A stretch of 64,000 nt of DNA, taken from positions 25-64,024 of the forward strand of contig CAIOTC010000022.1 of the NCBI GenBank assembly GCA_903861205.1, written 5' to 3'. Shown piece by piece: positions 1 to 8,213 of the stretch (positions within the stretch are counted from its first letter, which is position 1; the number at the start of each line of letters is the position of its first letter). The notes under the pieces were generated by a model that saw only the letters and a program-made list of their open reading frames with translations, ran no database searches and had not been told where the DNA came from. Source of the stretch: an uncultured bacterium (GTDB lineage: Bacteria; Patescibacteriota; Minisyncoccia; Phycocordibacterales; DATDWN01). The translations under genes were made by a program, and so were the position numbers.

Positions 1-2
1 AT

Positions 3-671
3 TTCTTCTTCATCCGCGGGCGAAACCGTTTTTTTGAATCTTGCGCCGGAGACACCGTGAACGCGCGCTTTGCACTCCTCCCACGTTTTGTGAGTTTGGA
101 TCACTCCGCCGACTTCGCTGACGTATGAATAAGTTTTTCTGGTGCGGACTTTTGACCATTCCCTTTCCGCCGAACCAACTTCCTTTTTATCCGTGATAGA
201 AAGCGAAACACCATATCTTTCTTTGGCGCCACTATATAGTACGATTGATTTTTTGTCGGCAAAAGAAGTGGCGATGACATCGCAGCGTTCGTTTGGCGCA
301 TGACCGGCATGACCTTTGAGCAGTTTCCAGTCGATAATTCTGTGAAAGGTCAGCTTGTAAATTCTTTCCCACAAATCGCGATTAGCCACGTCTTCCTTTT
401 GCGAAGTCTTCCAATTATTCTTTTGCCAACCGACCACCCAGCGCGTTGAGCCGTTTAAAACATAGGCCGAATCCGTATATATAGTCATTTCGTGTTCGTG
501 CGGAATTGATTCAAGCGCTGAAATAACCGCCAAAAGTTCCATCCGGTTGTTGGTTGTGTAATCCTCGCGACCGCCGAGCTCCGTCACGGTCTCGTCACCA
601 GCCACAATCGCTCCCCAACCACCCGGCCCGGGATTACCGCGCGCCGCTCCGTCTGTGAAAATGGTAATCAT
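3..671 (-). CDS. rnhA: Ribonuclease HI with C-terminal viroplasmin/hybrid-binding-type domain (runs off window edge)
   Basis: Manual translation (not in ORF track): MITIFTDGAARGNPGPGGWGA...TTNNRMELLA...VANRDLW...KVKGHAGH; C-terminal HKTWEECKARVHGVSGARFKK. Confidence 0.9.
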   Translation of the reverse strand, partial: MITIFTDGAARGNPGPGGWGAIVAGDETVTELGGREDYTTNNRMELLAVISALESIPHEHEMTIYTDSAYVLNGSTRWVVGWQKNNWKTSQKEDVANRDLWERIYKLTFHRIIDWKLLKGHAGHAPNERCDVIATSFADKKSIVLYSGAKERYGVSLSITDKKEVGSAEREWSKVRTRKTYSYVSEVGGVIQTHKTWEECKARVHGVSGARFKKTVSPADEEE

Positions 672-683
672 ATATAGAGTATA

Positions 684-2441
684 TCAAAAAATATCAACTA
701 TTCGTAAACGCAGTTCGGGGAAGTTTCGAAAGTTTGATTTTTCTAAAGTTGCGACGAGATTTATTTTTTTTCCGATTTCAACTGGTACGGGAAATTTTTC
801 CGGTGCGGAAAAAAATGAGATGGCAGTTACTTCATTATTATTTTCACGAAGCTTCAATTCCAAATGATTTTTTTCTTTACCGAATTGTTTGACCGCGGAA
901 ACCAAAGCGTTTTCAAACAAAAACATCGGCTTTGGATTTTCAAAACCAAACGGCGCGAATTTTTCCACGTCGCCGTATGTATTCCAATTAACATCGCCAA
1001 GCGATAACTTTTTATCAACCAAAATTTCTGATTCAATATTTTCCGATTTCATTTCCAAAAATGCTTCATTGAGCTTTTCTTCCAGCGTGTGAATATTTTC
1101 TTGCGATACGGAAAATCCGCCGGCGCCGTGATGACCGCCGTACTCGACAAAAACATCTTTAGCTTTTTCCATAAGAGCGACGACTGAAATTCCATTTCCG
1201 GATCGGCATGAACCTTTTATTATCGCGCTGCCGTTGCAACCTTCTCTGCCCCACAAAAAAACCGGACGATTATGTTCATCAGAAAAACTGTTGGCCACCA
1301 AACCAAGAAGCGATGGCTTCCAATCCGGATTGCCGAGAACCAAAACATTTTTCATAACTTGATCGCGATCTTTTATTTTCTTTTTTATTTCCTTGACCAT
1401 GCCAGCCACCACGCCTTTGCGTTCATCGTTTTTATTATTCAAATGCTCGGCCAATGTCCCCGCTTCAACTTCGTCAGTGGTCGAAAGTAATTTAAAAGCG
1501 TCAAGCGGAATGCCCATGCGTGAAGCGGCGTTGATGCGCGGAGTAATCATGAAAGTCAGATCATCCTCGGTCACGTATCTCTGATCAATTTTGAGAAGAT
1601 TGAAAAGTTTTGAAAGGCCGGCTCGCGGACTTTTGTGCAAAACTTTCAGACCAAAATACGCGAACACTCTGTTCTCGCCAAGGAGTGGAACCATGTCGGA
1701 AAGTGTTGCCAGACCGATCATGTCGAGCAACCATTTCTCCCAACCTACTGGAGAAATGGTTGCAATTTTCAATTTACAATTTCCAATTTCCAATGAATTT
1801 TTCAATGAATCAATTTCCAAACACAACGCTTGAATGACTTTAAAAATCACGCCAGCGCCGCATAGCATTTTTTCCGGATATTCGCAGTCGTTTTGTTTTG
1901 GATTTATGATGGCAAATGCGTCCGGCAAATTTGTTTTGGGGATGTGATGATCAGTGATGATGATATCCAAATTGTGTTTCTTGGCTTCCTCCACTTGCGC
2001 GCCATCGGAAACACCGCAATCAATCGTGATCAAAAGTGTCACACCATCCGCAACGAGCGAATCAATCGCTTCGTGATTTAATCCGAATCCTTCCTCGTTT
2101 CGCATCGGAATATAATTGACGAAATTTTGAAAATTTATTTTTTTGAAAAAATCATGCAGTGCCACTGCGCCGGGAATGCCATCCGCATCGTAATCGCTGT
2201 AAATCGCCACACGCTCATTTTTTTCGATAGCAGAAATAATTCTGTCAACAACTTTTTTCATATCCTTGAGCAAAAAAGGATCGTGAACGCCATTCTCGTA
2301 ATCAGGATTCAAAAATTTTTCCGCGCATTCTTCCGTGATGATACCGCGCGAATGCAGCAATGTCCGCGTGAGCGGAGAGTAACTTTCAAAAATTTTGTTG
2401 ATCTCATCCGGTATTCCTCCTCGCAACGAATATTTTTTCAT
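684..2441 (-). CDS. recJ: ssDNA exonuclease RecJ
   Basis: DYDADG, ITIDCG, TDHH, PRINAASR and GGHHGAGG motifs (DHH/DHHA1). Confidence 0.95.
   Translation of the reverse strand: MKKYSLRGGIPDEINKIFESYSPLTRTLLHSRGIITEECAEKFLNPDYENGVHDPFLLKDMKKVVDRIISAIEKNERVAIYSDYDADGIPGAVALHDFFKKINFQNFVNYIPMRNEEGFGLNHEAIDSLVADGVTLLITIDCGVSDGAQVEEAKKHNLDIIITDHHIPKTNLPDAFAIINPKQNDCEYPEKMLCGAGVIFKVIQALCLEIDSLKNSLEIGNCKLKIATISPVGWEKWLLDMIGLATLSDMVPLLGENRVFAYFGLKVLHKSPRAGLSKLFNLLKIDQRYVTEDDLTFMITPRINAASRMGIPLDAFKLLSTTDEVEAGTLAEHLNNKNDERKGVVAGMVKEIKKKIKDRDQVMKNVLVLGNPDWKPSLLGLVANSFSDEHNRPVFLWGREGCNGSAIIKGSCRSGNGISVVALMEKAKDVFVEYGGHHGAGGFSVSQENIHTLEEKLNEAFLEMKSENIESEILVDKKLSLGDVNWNTYGDVEKFAPFGFENPKPMFLFENALVSAVKQFGKEKNHLELKLRENNNEVTAISFFSAPEKFPVPVEIGKKINLVATLEKSNFRNFPELRLRIVDIF
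1763..1821. repeat. Solo arm of the CAATTT(T/C) periodic repeat, inserted in frame in recJ
   Basis: Near-identical to the reverse complement of 10060-10112; encodes LEIDSLKNSLEIGNCKLKI. Confidence 0.8.
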
Positions 2442-2534
2442 TTGGTACAGTTTACCACAAGTCTAGTGAAACAAAGGATTTTCAATTCGTTCCAAAGAAA
2501 AGGCCCACCCTGCGGTGAGCACTCTGCTAACTTA

Positions 2535-2741
2535 TTACAAATCTTGGACCAAATCAACTTTCTTACATGGTGACAACTTTAAACCATCTTCCACACTCTT
2601 TTTCAATTCAACCAGATTGTTAGCAACTGACCGACCGGCCCCGTGAAGAGAAAACCAAGGCCTTATTTCAATCGGGAAACCTAAATGTTTTGATTGTTTG
2701 ATAGCTTCTTCCAAAGATTCGATGGATATCCGTTGGGGCAT
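2535..2741 (-). CDS. Small hypothetical protein
   Basis: ATG (MPQRIS...) preceded by GGAAGGAG; terminator-like hairpin downstream. Confidence 0.5.
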   Translation of the reverse strand: MPQRISIESLEEAIKQSKHLGFPIEIRPWFSLHGAGRSVANNLVELKKSVEDGLKLSPCKKVDLVQDL

Positions 2742-2793
2742 TTTGCCACTCCTTCCATAGAAGATACTATCACACATGCTATAATATTTCCAT

Positions 2794-3153
2794 ATGAACA
2801 ATTGTATATTTTGTAAAATTATAAAAGGAGAAATTCTGGCGCATAAAGTTTTCGAGGATGAAAATTTTTTGGCCTTTCTAGACATTCATCCGACATCTCC
2901 GGGACATGTTCAAGTCATTCCAAAAGAACATGTGAGATGGGTTTGGGACGTGGAAAATATCGGAGAATATTTTGAAGTGGTACGCAAAATCGCCAAGGCG
3001 CAACAAAAAGCATTTGAAACAGATTGGATACTTTCCAAAATTGTCGGTGACGAAATAGAACACGCACACATTTGGGTTTATCCGAACAACAAAGTTACTG
3101 GCGACAAAATGGATTTTGAAAATAATGCAGGAAAAATAAGAAATAGTCTGTAA
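2794..3153 (+). CDS. HIT family hydrolase
   Basis: CIFCKI, FLDIHP, GHVQVIPKEH and HAHIW (variant triad). Confidence 0.9.
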   Translation: MNNCIFCKIIKGEILAHKVFEDENFLAFLDIHPTSPGHVQVIPKEHVRWVWDVENIGEYFEVVRKIAKAQQKAFETDWILSKIVGDEIEHAHIWVYPNNKVTGDKMDFENNAGKIRNSL

Positions 3154-3446
3154 AGTCCATAAAGTCAAAAGCCTATAAAGTCAGTTCTTTAGACTCTTAA
3201 TAAGTCCTGACAATATTTTTGATATCTCAAAAGTCAGATTGTATAAAAAAATAAAATTATCTTTATTGAGATAATTTAGTTCAAGGGCCAAATACAACAT
3301 TGATCTAACTTCGCCAGACGAACCTTTCGCAATAAACAAAAATTTTTATAAATTTCTTTTGTAAGAATTTTTGATTTTTGCCAAGCTATTATATCTTCAA
3401 ACTTTTGAATCTGCATTTTGTGTTTACTTTATGGACTTTACAGACT
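3145..3446. repeat. 21-bp perfect inverted repeats (TAAAGTCYR-type 9-mer units) bracketing the pseudogene
   Basis: AGTCTGTAAAGTCCATAAAGT (3145-3165) / ACTTTATGGACTTTACAGACT (3426-3446). Confidence 0.9.
3181..3416 (-). pseudogene. Four-helix-bundle protein pseudogene (internal deletion plus frameshift)
   Basis: Frame A MQIQKFEDIIAWQKSKILTKEIYKNF joins frame B FLFIAKGSSGEVRSMLYLALELNY...ILSGLIKSLKN*; the usual central segment is missing. Confidence 0.85.
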
Positions 3447-4580
3447 TTATAGACTTTCAACTTCCAAGGCTTTCAGCCCTGGAAGAGTTTCGTTGACCAG
3501 GAAATCGAGCATCGCGCCACCACCGGTGGAGATGAAAGAAAATTTTTCTTCCAGTCCGAGTTTTTTAATTGACGCGAGTGTATCTCCCCCACCGACAATC
3601 GACTCCGCGCCACTTGTCACGATAAGTTCAGCCAACTGTTCCGTTTTATCGGCAAAACCATTTTCGTAATTTCCAAGCGGTCCGTTCCAGACAACAGTTT
3701 TGCTGCCGTCCAAAATATTTTTTAACTGTGTAATTGTTTCCGTTCCGGCGTCGGCCACAGTTTCGTCCGGCGCGATTTCATTTTGTTTTTTGAAAGAAAC
3801 ACTACCGTCATCTTTTGTCACGGTAACATCAGCCGGAAAAATTAATTTCGGATTTTTCAACATTTCCGAAATTCCAAAGTCACCTTCAGAAATTAATGAC
3901 TTCCCCACTTCAAAACCTTTGGCCTTGTAAATATCGGTGGCCAACGCTCCGCCGACAAAAACCGCGTCTGCCTTTTCCAAATATTTTTTGATGAGCGGCA
4001 TTTTTGTTTCGAACTTTGCTCCGCCTAAAATAAAAACAAAAGGATGAACAGGACTGAAAACTTTTGAGAGGTTTTCGATTTCTTGTCGCATTAAAAGTCC
4101 ACCATAACTTGGCAAAAATTCCGGCACGCCGACAATCGAAGCATGTTTGCGATGGCAAACGGAAAAAGCATCGTTAACGAAAATGTCCGCCATCTGTGAA
4201 AGTTTTTTGGCAAAGTCCGGATCGTTTTCTTTTTCGCCCGGATTGATCCGCAAATTTTCAAACATTAAAACGCCTTTGTCTTCCAGTTTCAAAAGTTTTT
4301 CAATCGCTTCCGGCGTGAAAAAGTCGCCACAAAAATCAACCGGCAGAAAACCGTTCAGATAATCGTGCATCGGCAAAAGCGATGAGGATTCTTTTCCTTC
4401 GCAATGAGCGATAATAATTACTTTCGCTTCCTTGGCTCGTAAAAAATCAATCGTCTGGAGTGATCTCTCCATGCGATACGGATCGGCCACCTTGCCGTCC
4501 ACAATGGGAACATTTAAATCAAGACGAAGCAATACTCTAACTCCCTTTAAGCTTGGAACTTCATCGATGTAATAGATCAT
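3447..4580 (-). CDS. pgk: Phosphoglycerate kinase
   Basis: RLDLNVP, FVNDAF, ILGGAK, WNGPLG, GGGDT and STGGGA motifs. Confidence 0.96.
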   Translation of the reverse strand: MIYYIDEVPSLKGVRVLLRLDLNVPIVDGKVADPYRMERSLQTIDFLRAKEAKVIIIAHCEGKESSSLLPMHDYLNGFLPVDFCGDFFTPEAIEKLLKLEDKGVLMFENLRINPGEKENDPDFAKKLSQMADIFVNDAFSVCHRKHASIVGVPEFLPSYGGLLMRQEIENLSKVFSPVHPFVFILGGAKFETKMPLIKKYLEKADAVFVGGALATDIYKAKGFEVGKSLISEGDFGISEMLKNPKLIFPADVTVTKDDGSVSFKKQNEIAPDETVADAGTETITQLKNILDGSKTVVWNGPLGNYENGFADKTEQLAELIVTSGAESIVGGGDTLASIKKLGLEEKFSFISTGGGAMLDFLVNETLPGLKALEVESL

Positions 4581-4585
4581 GGAAC

Positions 4586-4678
4586 AATTTTTAATTTAAA
4601 ATTTTTAATTTTTAATGAATTTTAAATAATTAAATTTTTAAATTTAGACATTCATTAAAAATTCTAAATTAAAAATTA
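4586..4678. repeat. Gene-less AT-rich periodic inverted-repeat cassette (TAATTTT units), copy 1
   Basis: ~95 bp imperfect palindrome ...TTTAATGAAT...ATTCATTAAA...; siblings at 7381 and 8112. Confidence 0.85.
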
Positions 4679-4683
4679 CAAAA

Positions 4684-5448
4684 TTATTTGCTTTCCTCCA
4701 CTGCCTTTATTATTTCCCCAAATCTCTTCCCATCCAAACTGTCTCGCCCGACCAAAACCCCATCCACGCCATTTTTCATGATGTCGGAAATATTTTCAAC
4801 ATTGACAGAACCGCCGTACAAAATTTTCACTCCGTCCGCCGGAAGACCGTATATTTCGCGCAAAACTTTTTTTATGTAAATAGCCATTTCGTGAATATCG
4901 CGTCCGGCCATTGATTCGCTCGCGCCGATGGCCCAAACCGGCTCGTAGGCAATGACCAGATGGTCGAGAGATTTTTTGGAAACGTCGCGCAGATCGGCCA
5001 TGATTTGTCCGCGAACAAAAGAAAGATAATCGCCGTGAGCATCTCGTGTTTTTTCGCCGACACATAGCACGACCGTCATGCCATCACTAACAACAGCCGT
5101 CACTTTTTTGTTTATAATTTCATCACTCTCGCCTCTCGCTCGCCTCTCGCTATGCCCGACTAAACAGTGACTTACTTTGAACTGAGGCAACTGGCTGAAA
5201 CTGACTTCACCGGTGTGAGCGCCGAGCGGTTCATAAAAAGCGTCCTGAGCACCGACAAAAATTGATGTGCTGGCCGTGTTTGAAATAGCTGGAATGTAAA
5301 TAAATGGCGGACAGAGCACCACCTGCGTTTTTTTGATGTTTTTCATTCCGCGTTTGACGTCACTCGCGATTTTTTTGGCTTCCTCCAAACATTTCGGGTT
5401 CATTTTCCAATTCCCCACCACAAGTTTTTTTGGTTTCTTCATGGTCAT
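4684..5448 (-). CDS. tpiA: Triosephosphate isomerase
   Basis: GNWKMN, GHSERR, AYEPVWAIG and LYGGSV; start moved to the ATG at 5448. Confidence 0.96.
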   Translation of the reverse strand: MTMKKPKKLVVGNWKMNPKCLEEAKKIASDVKRGMKNIKKTQVVLCPPFIYIPAISNTASTSIFVGAQDAFYEPLGAHTGEVSFSQLPQFKVSHCLVGHSERRARGESDEIINKKVTAVVSDGMTVVLCVGEKTRDAHGDYLSFVRGQIMADLRDVSKKSLDHLVIAYEPVWAIGASESMAGRDIHEMAIYIKKVLREIYGLPADGVKILYGGSVNVENISDIMKNGVDGVLVGRDSLDGKRFGEIIKAVEESK

Positions 5449-5476
5449 ATTGTAGCAAAGTTTGAAGTCGGCGACC

Positions 5477-5633
5477 ACAAATCTCGCGAATGCCCGCTTT
5501 CCGGAGTAACCTCAAAAACTCCAGCGATTTTTGAGGCTGATCCTCGGCCTGAACTTGTCAAGATGGAATGCCTTGACAAGACCATGCTTCAGGCCTGCGG
5601 AGCCTCCGGAAAGCGGGCATTCGCGAGATTTGT
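5477..5633. repeat. Branched hairpin element family A, copy 1
   Basis: 30-bp perfect outer stem enclosing two inner arms; core CTTGTCAAGATGGAATGCCTTGACAAG shared with the 47.5 kb copy. Confidence 0.88.
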
Positions 5634-5702
5634 TCGGTGGTAATTTTTATAAATAAACTGGCAAACATGACTAGAAATAAGGGTTTAATTAATTTAAATA
5701 CT

Positions 5703-5750
5703 CCAAAGGTCTGGCCTTAAACAGCTAATTTCCCAAGGCCAGACCTTGGG
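5703..5750. repeat. AAGGTCTGGCCTT-type hairpin (REP-like)
   Basis: AAGGTCTGGCCTT...AAGGCCAGACCTT; sibling inside uvrD. Confidence 0.75.
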
Positions 5751-5786
5751 TGCGGGTGCGAAACTAAAGTGAAAAATCACCACTAA

Positions 5787-5910
5787 GCAAATTTTGTCGA
5801 GACAAAGCAATTTTGGGGGCTCACGGACGCTGGCGAGCGGAGTGCGAGCGCAAAAAATAGCAATTTTTTGACGCGCACCCCAAAATTGTTTTGGCTCGTA
5901 AGAAATTTGC
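5787..5910. repeat. Branched hairpin element family B (opposite orientation to the other copies)
   Basis: Contains GGACGCTGGCGAGCGGA and an AGCA-capped arm; outer stem related to the 49460 copy. Confidence 0.85.
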
Positions 5911-5914
5911 GTCG

Positions 5915-7369
5915 TCACTGCACCTCCTGCCAGGAAATAGTTTGGTATTGGTCAGTCGTCAGCGGGAATGACGGCGGAGGGGCGTATAGCAGGTTGGCGT
6001 CGTAAATAATATTTCTGGTTTGGTAGCCGGTGCCGTCCGTATAGGCAAAACCGTACCTCGAATAACTGCCGATCATCCCATACAAAGTGATCGTGTCGCG
6101 CACGTATTGCGCCGTACAATCGCTTTCGTAATAAAATCTTCCCACCCGCCCATTTTGCGAAATAAGCGCGGCATCGATGCGCAAGTCGTCAGCGCTGTAA
6201 AGACCGTTATTGATATTTTCCTGGGCGATAAGGCCGATGGAATCCTGCCCGTCGTAGTTGGTGTAAAGCAAATCGTCATTTATCGTTATACTCGTCCTCT
6301 GCGAGGGATTGTCTGGAAATTTCCCAGCCACAACGGTCACTCTGGCAGTGTTTATCTGCCCGTCAATCCAAACATTATCCTCCACAAAAATAATTCCGTT
6401 CCCCGGCATTGGGTAATTGGAAACGAAAGTTTGCGTTTTGACACTCCACGTTCCCCAATCGCTCTGGTTGCCGTTATTGCCGCAATGATCCGGCAGAGGT
6501 TGGAGCTGAGTTACTTTGTACAAATCAAAAGTGTCGTTCGTTTTTAAAACCAGATGATAGCCGAGCACGCCGGAACTGGAAATATATTTGCCACCGGCTT
6601 GAGCTTTGCTTTTCATATCAGCCATGTCTGTGGTGATGCCGGCAAAGTCGACAACCGGCACGGGAAACTGCCTGCCTGCCTCAAAAACATCCGGCCGATT
6701 TGGAACGGGATTTCCGGGAGATTCCAGTGGACGATAATCAGTGTTTACGCCACTGCCCGGAGGTGGATTGACGTGAGTGTGAACGCCAAATTCCTGTCCG
6801 CCGGTATGGTCAGGGTCGTCGAATTTGCTCACTCCGCTCGAGACAACATTGTGCGCAATACCGTCAAAGCGAATTCCGCCATTTGACATAATCGGACCAA
6901 AAACTTCCGTGCCTTCGCCAAAACGCATGTCGTCGTTGGCCACCACGGCAAATTTGGCCAGCGACGGCTTGGCCAGCTGAACGAGAATGGAGCGAGAAAC
7001 AGTCGCGTCAGCCAAAATTTTGCCGGTTGATTTGACTTTGACCATCGTCCAACCGGTTGGCGGCGCGGTAATATTGAGAGTGAAAGTACCGATCTTTGTG
7101 CCGTCTTTGTCGAAAAAATCGTGAACGTACGGACCGGCGTGTCCGGTACCGTCTTGGAAATCGGTCGAAGCGTGCGCCAGATGCCATCTATAATAATCAA
7201 CTCCGGCTTCGGCGATTTGCAAAGCTTGTTCACGCTCAACAGCCAACCGCGAAGCTTTGATGTTCACTCCGGCCCAGCTGACCAAAGCGCCGATGATAAC
7301 CACGGAAATGGTACCAAAGACGAGAGCTTGGACGAGAATGGAACCAGATTGTAATGATTTTTTGAACAT
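5915..7369 (-). CDS. PilX-like minor pilin / pilus assembly protein
   Basis: N-terminal GSILVQALV hydrophobic helix, QALQIAEAGV motif, position in pilin cluster. Confidence 0.75.
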   Translation of the reverse strand: MFKKSLQSGSILVQALVFGTISVVIIGALVSWAGVNIKASRLAVEREQALQIAEAGVDYYRWHLAHASTDFQDGTGHAGPYVHDFFDKDGTKIGTFTLNITAPPTGWTMVKVKSTGKILADATVSRSILVQLAKPSLAKFAVVANDDMRFGEGTEVFGPIMSNGGIRFDGIAHNVVSSGVSKFDDPDHTGGQEFGVHTHVNPPPGSGVNTDYRPLESPGNPVPNRPDVFEAGRQFPVPVVDFAGITTDMADMKSKAQAGGKYISSSGVLGYHLVLKTNDTFDLYKVTQLQPLPDHCGNNGNQSDWGTWSVKTQTFVSNYPMPGNGIIFVEDNVWIDGQINTARVTVVAGKFPDNPSQRTSITINDDLLYTNYDGQDSIGLIAQENINNGLYSADDLRIDAALISQNGRVGRFYYESDCTAQYVRDTITLYGMIGSYSRYGFAYTDGTGYQTRNIIYDANLLYAPPPSFPLTTDQYQTISWQEVQ

Positions 7370-7380
7370 AACTGATTAAA

Positions 7381-7473
7381 AAATTTTTAATTTAAAATTT
7401 TTAATTTTTATTGAATTTTCAATGATTTAATTTTTAAATTTAAACATTCATTAAGAATTCTAAATTAAAAATT
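7381..7473. repeat. Gene-less AT-rich periodic inverted-repeat cassette, copy 2
   Basis: Highly similar to 4586-4678 and 8112-8210. Confidence 0.85.
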
Positions 7474-8101
7474 ATAAATTGTCTTTTAGATTCCGCAGAT
7501 TAACCTGCGACGTCACAATCATCGGCGTCGGCGCGCGGTTTTTGTCTCTGTCAATTATAACAGTAATTTTAACCAAGCGGACGGTTGACGCCGTTACCGG
7601 CTGTGACAAAGGAGAACCGGTGCCGGAATAATCGGCGGAATAATATTGAAACAGAGGAGCGGTCGAGCTGGAGATGACGCCGGAAAAAATGGTCGTCACT
7701 TTTTCATCATCATCGTCATAGGTGTACGGACTTCCGGTTGGCACCACCACGCCTCTTTTGATATCCGATCCGCTCAAAAAATATCTGACTTTGTCCTGCA
7801 AACCGTCGTTGTTAACATCACTGTAAAAAGTGACCGATGACACGCCGGCTGAAGCGATGGCGTAAGCGCCGTTCTCCGACGGACTGGCCTCTCGCATCTC
7901 GGCCACCATCACCTTGACCACGTGCCGGGCATCGAGCTGGGCGTTCATACTGCCGCTCAAATTGGAATTCAAGGAAAAAACATTAACCATAAAAGTGGCA
8001 ACAACAGTGGAAACAAGGCCGAGAATGGCGAGGGAGATTAGGATTTCGACGAGAGTGAAGCCTCGACTGAAATTATTTATTTTTAAATTTTTAACAAACA
8101 T
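7472..8101 (-). CDS. Type IV minor pilin (PilW/PulJ-like)
   Basis: RG/FTLVEILI prepilin cleavage/methylation motif. Confidence 0.88.
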   Translation of the reverse strand: MFVKNLKINNFSRGFTLVEILISLAILGLVSTVVATFMVNVFSLNSNLSGSMNAQLDARHVVKVMVAEMREASPSENGAYAIASAGVSSVTFYSDVNNDGLQDKVRYFLSGSDIKRGVVVPTGSPYTYDDDDEKVTTIFSGVISSSTAPLFQYYSADYSGTGSPLSQPVTASTVRLVKITVIIDRDKNRAPTPMIVTSQVNLRNLKDNL

Positions 8102-8111
8102 TATTTTATGA

Positions 8112-8210
8112 AATTTTTAATTTAAAATTTTTAATTTTTAATGAATTTTCAATGACTTAATTTTTAAATTTATACATTCATTAAAAATTTTAAATTAAAA
8201 ATTAAAAATT
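8112..8210. repeat. Gene-less AT-rich periodic inverted-repeat cassette, copy 3
   Basis: Highly similar to 7381-7473. Confidence 0.85.
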
Positions 8211-8213
8211 ATT

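Noticed and set aside
4586-8210. CRISPR array from the recurring AT-rich repeats
   Set aside because: Copies are separated by whole genes rather than 25-45 nt spacers; no cas genes
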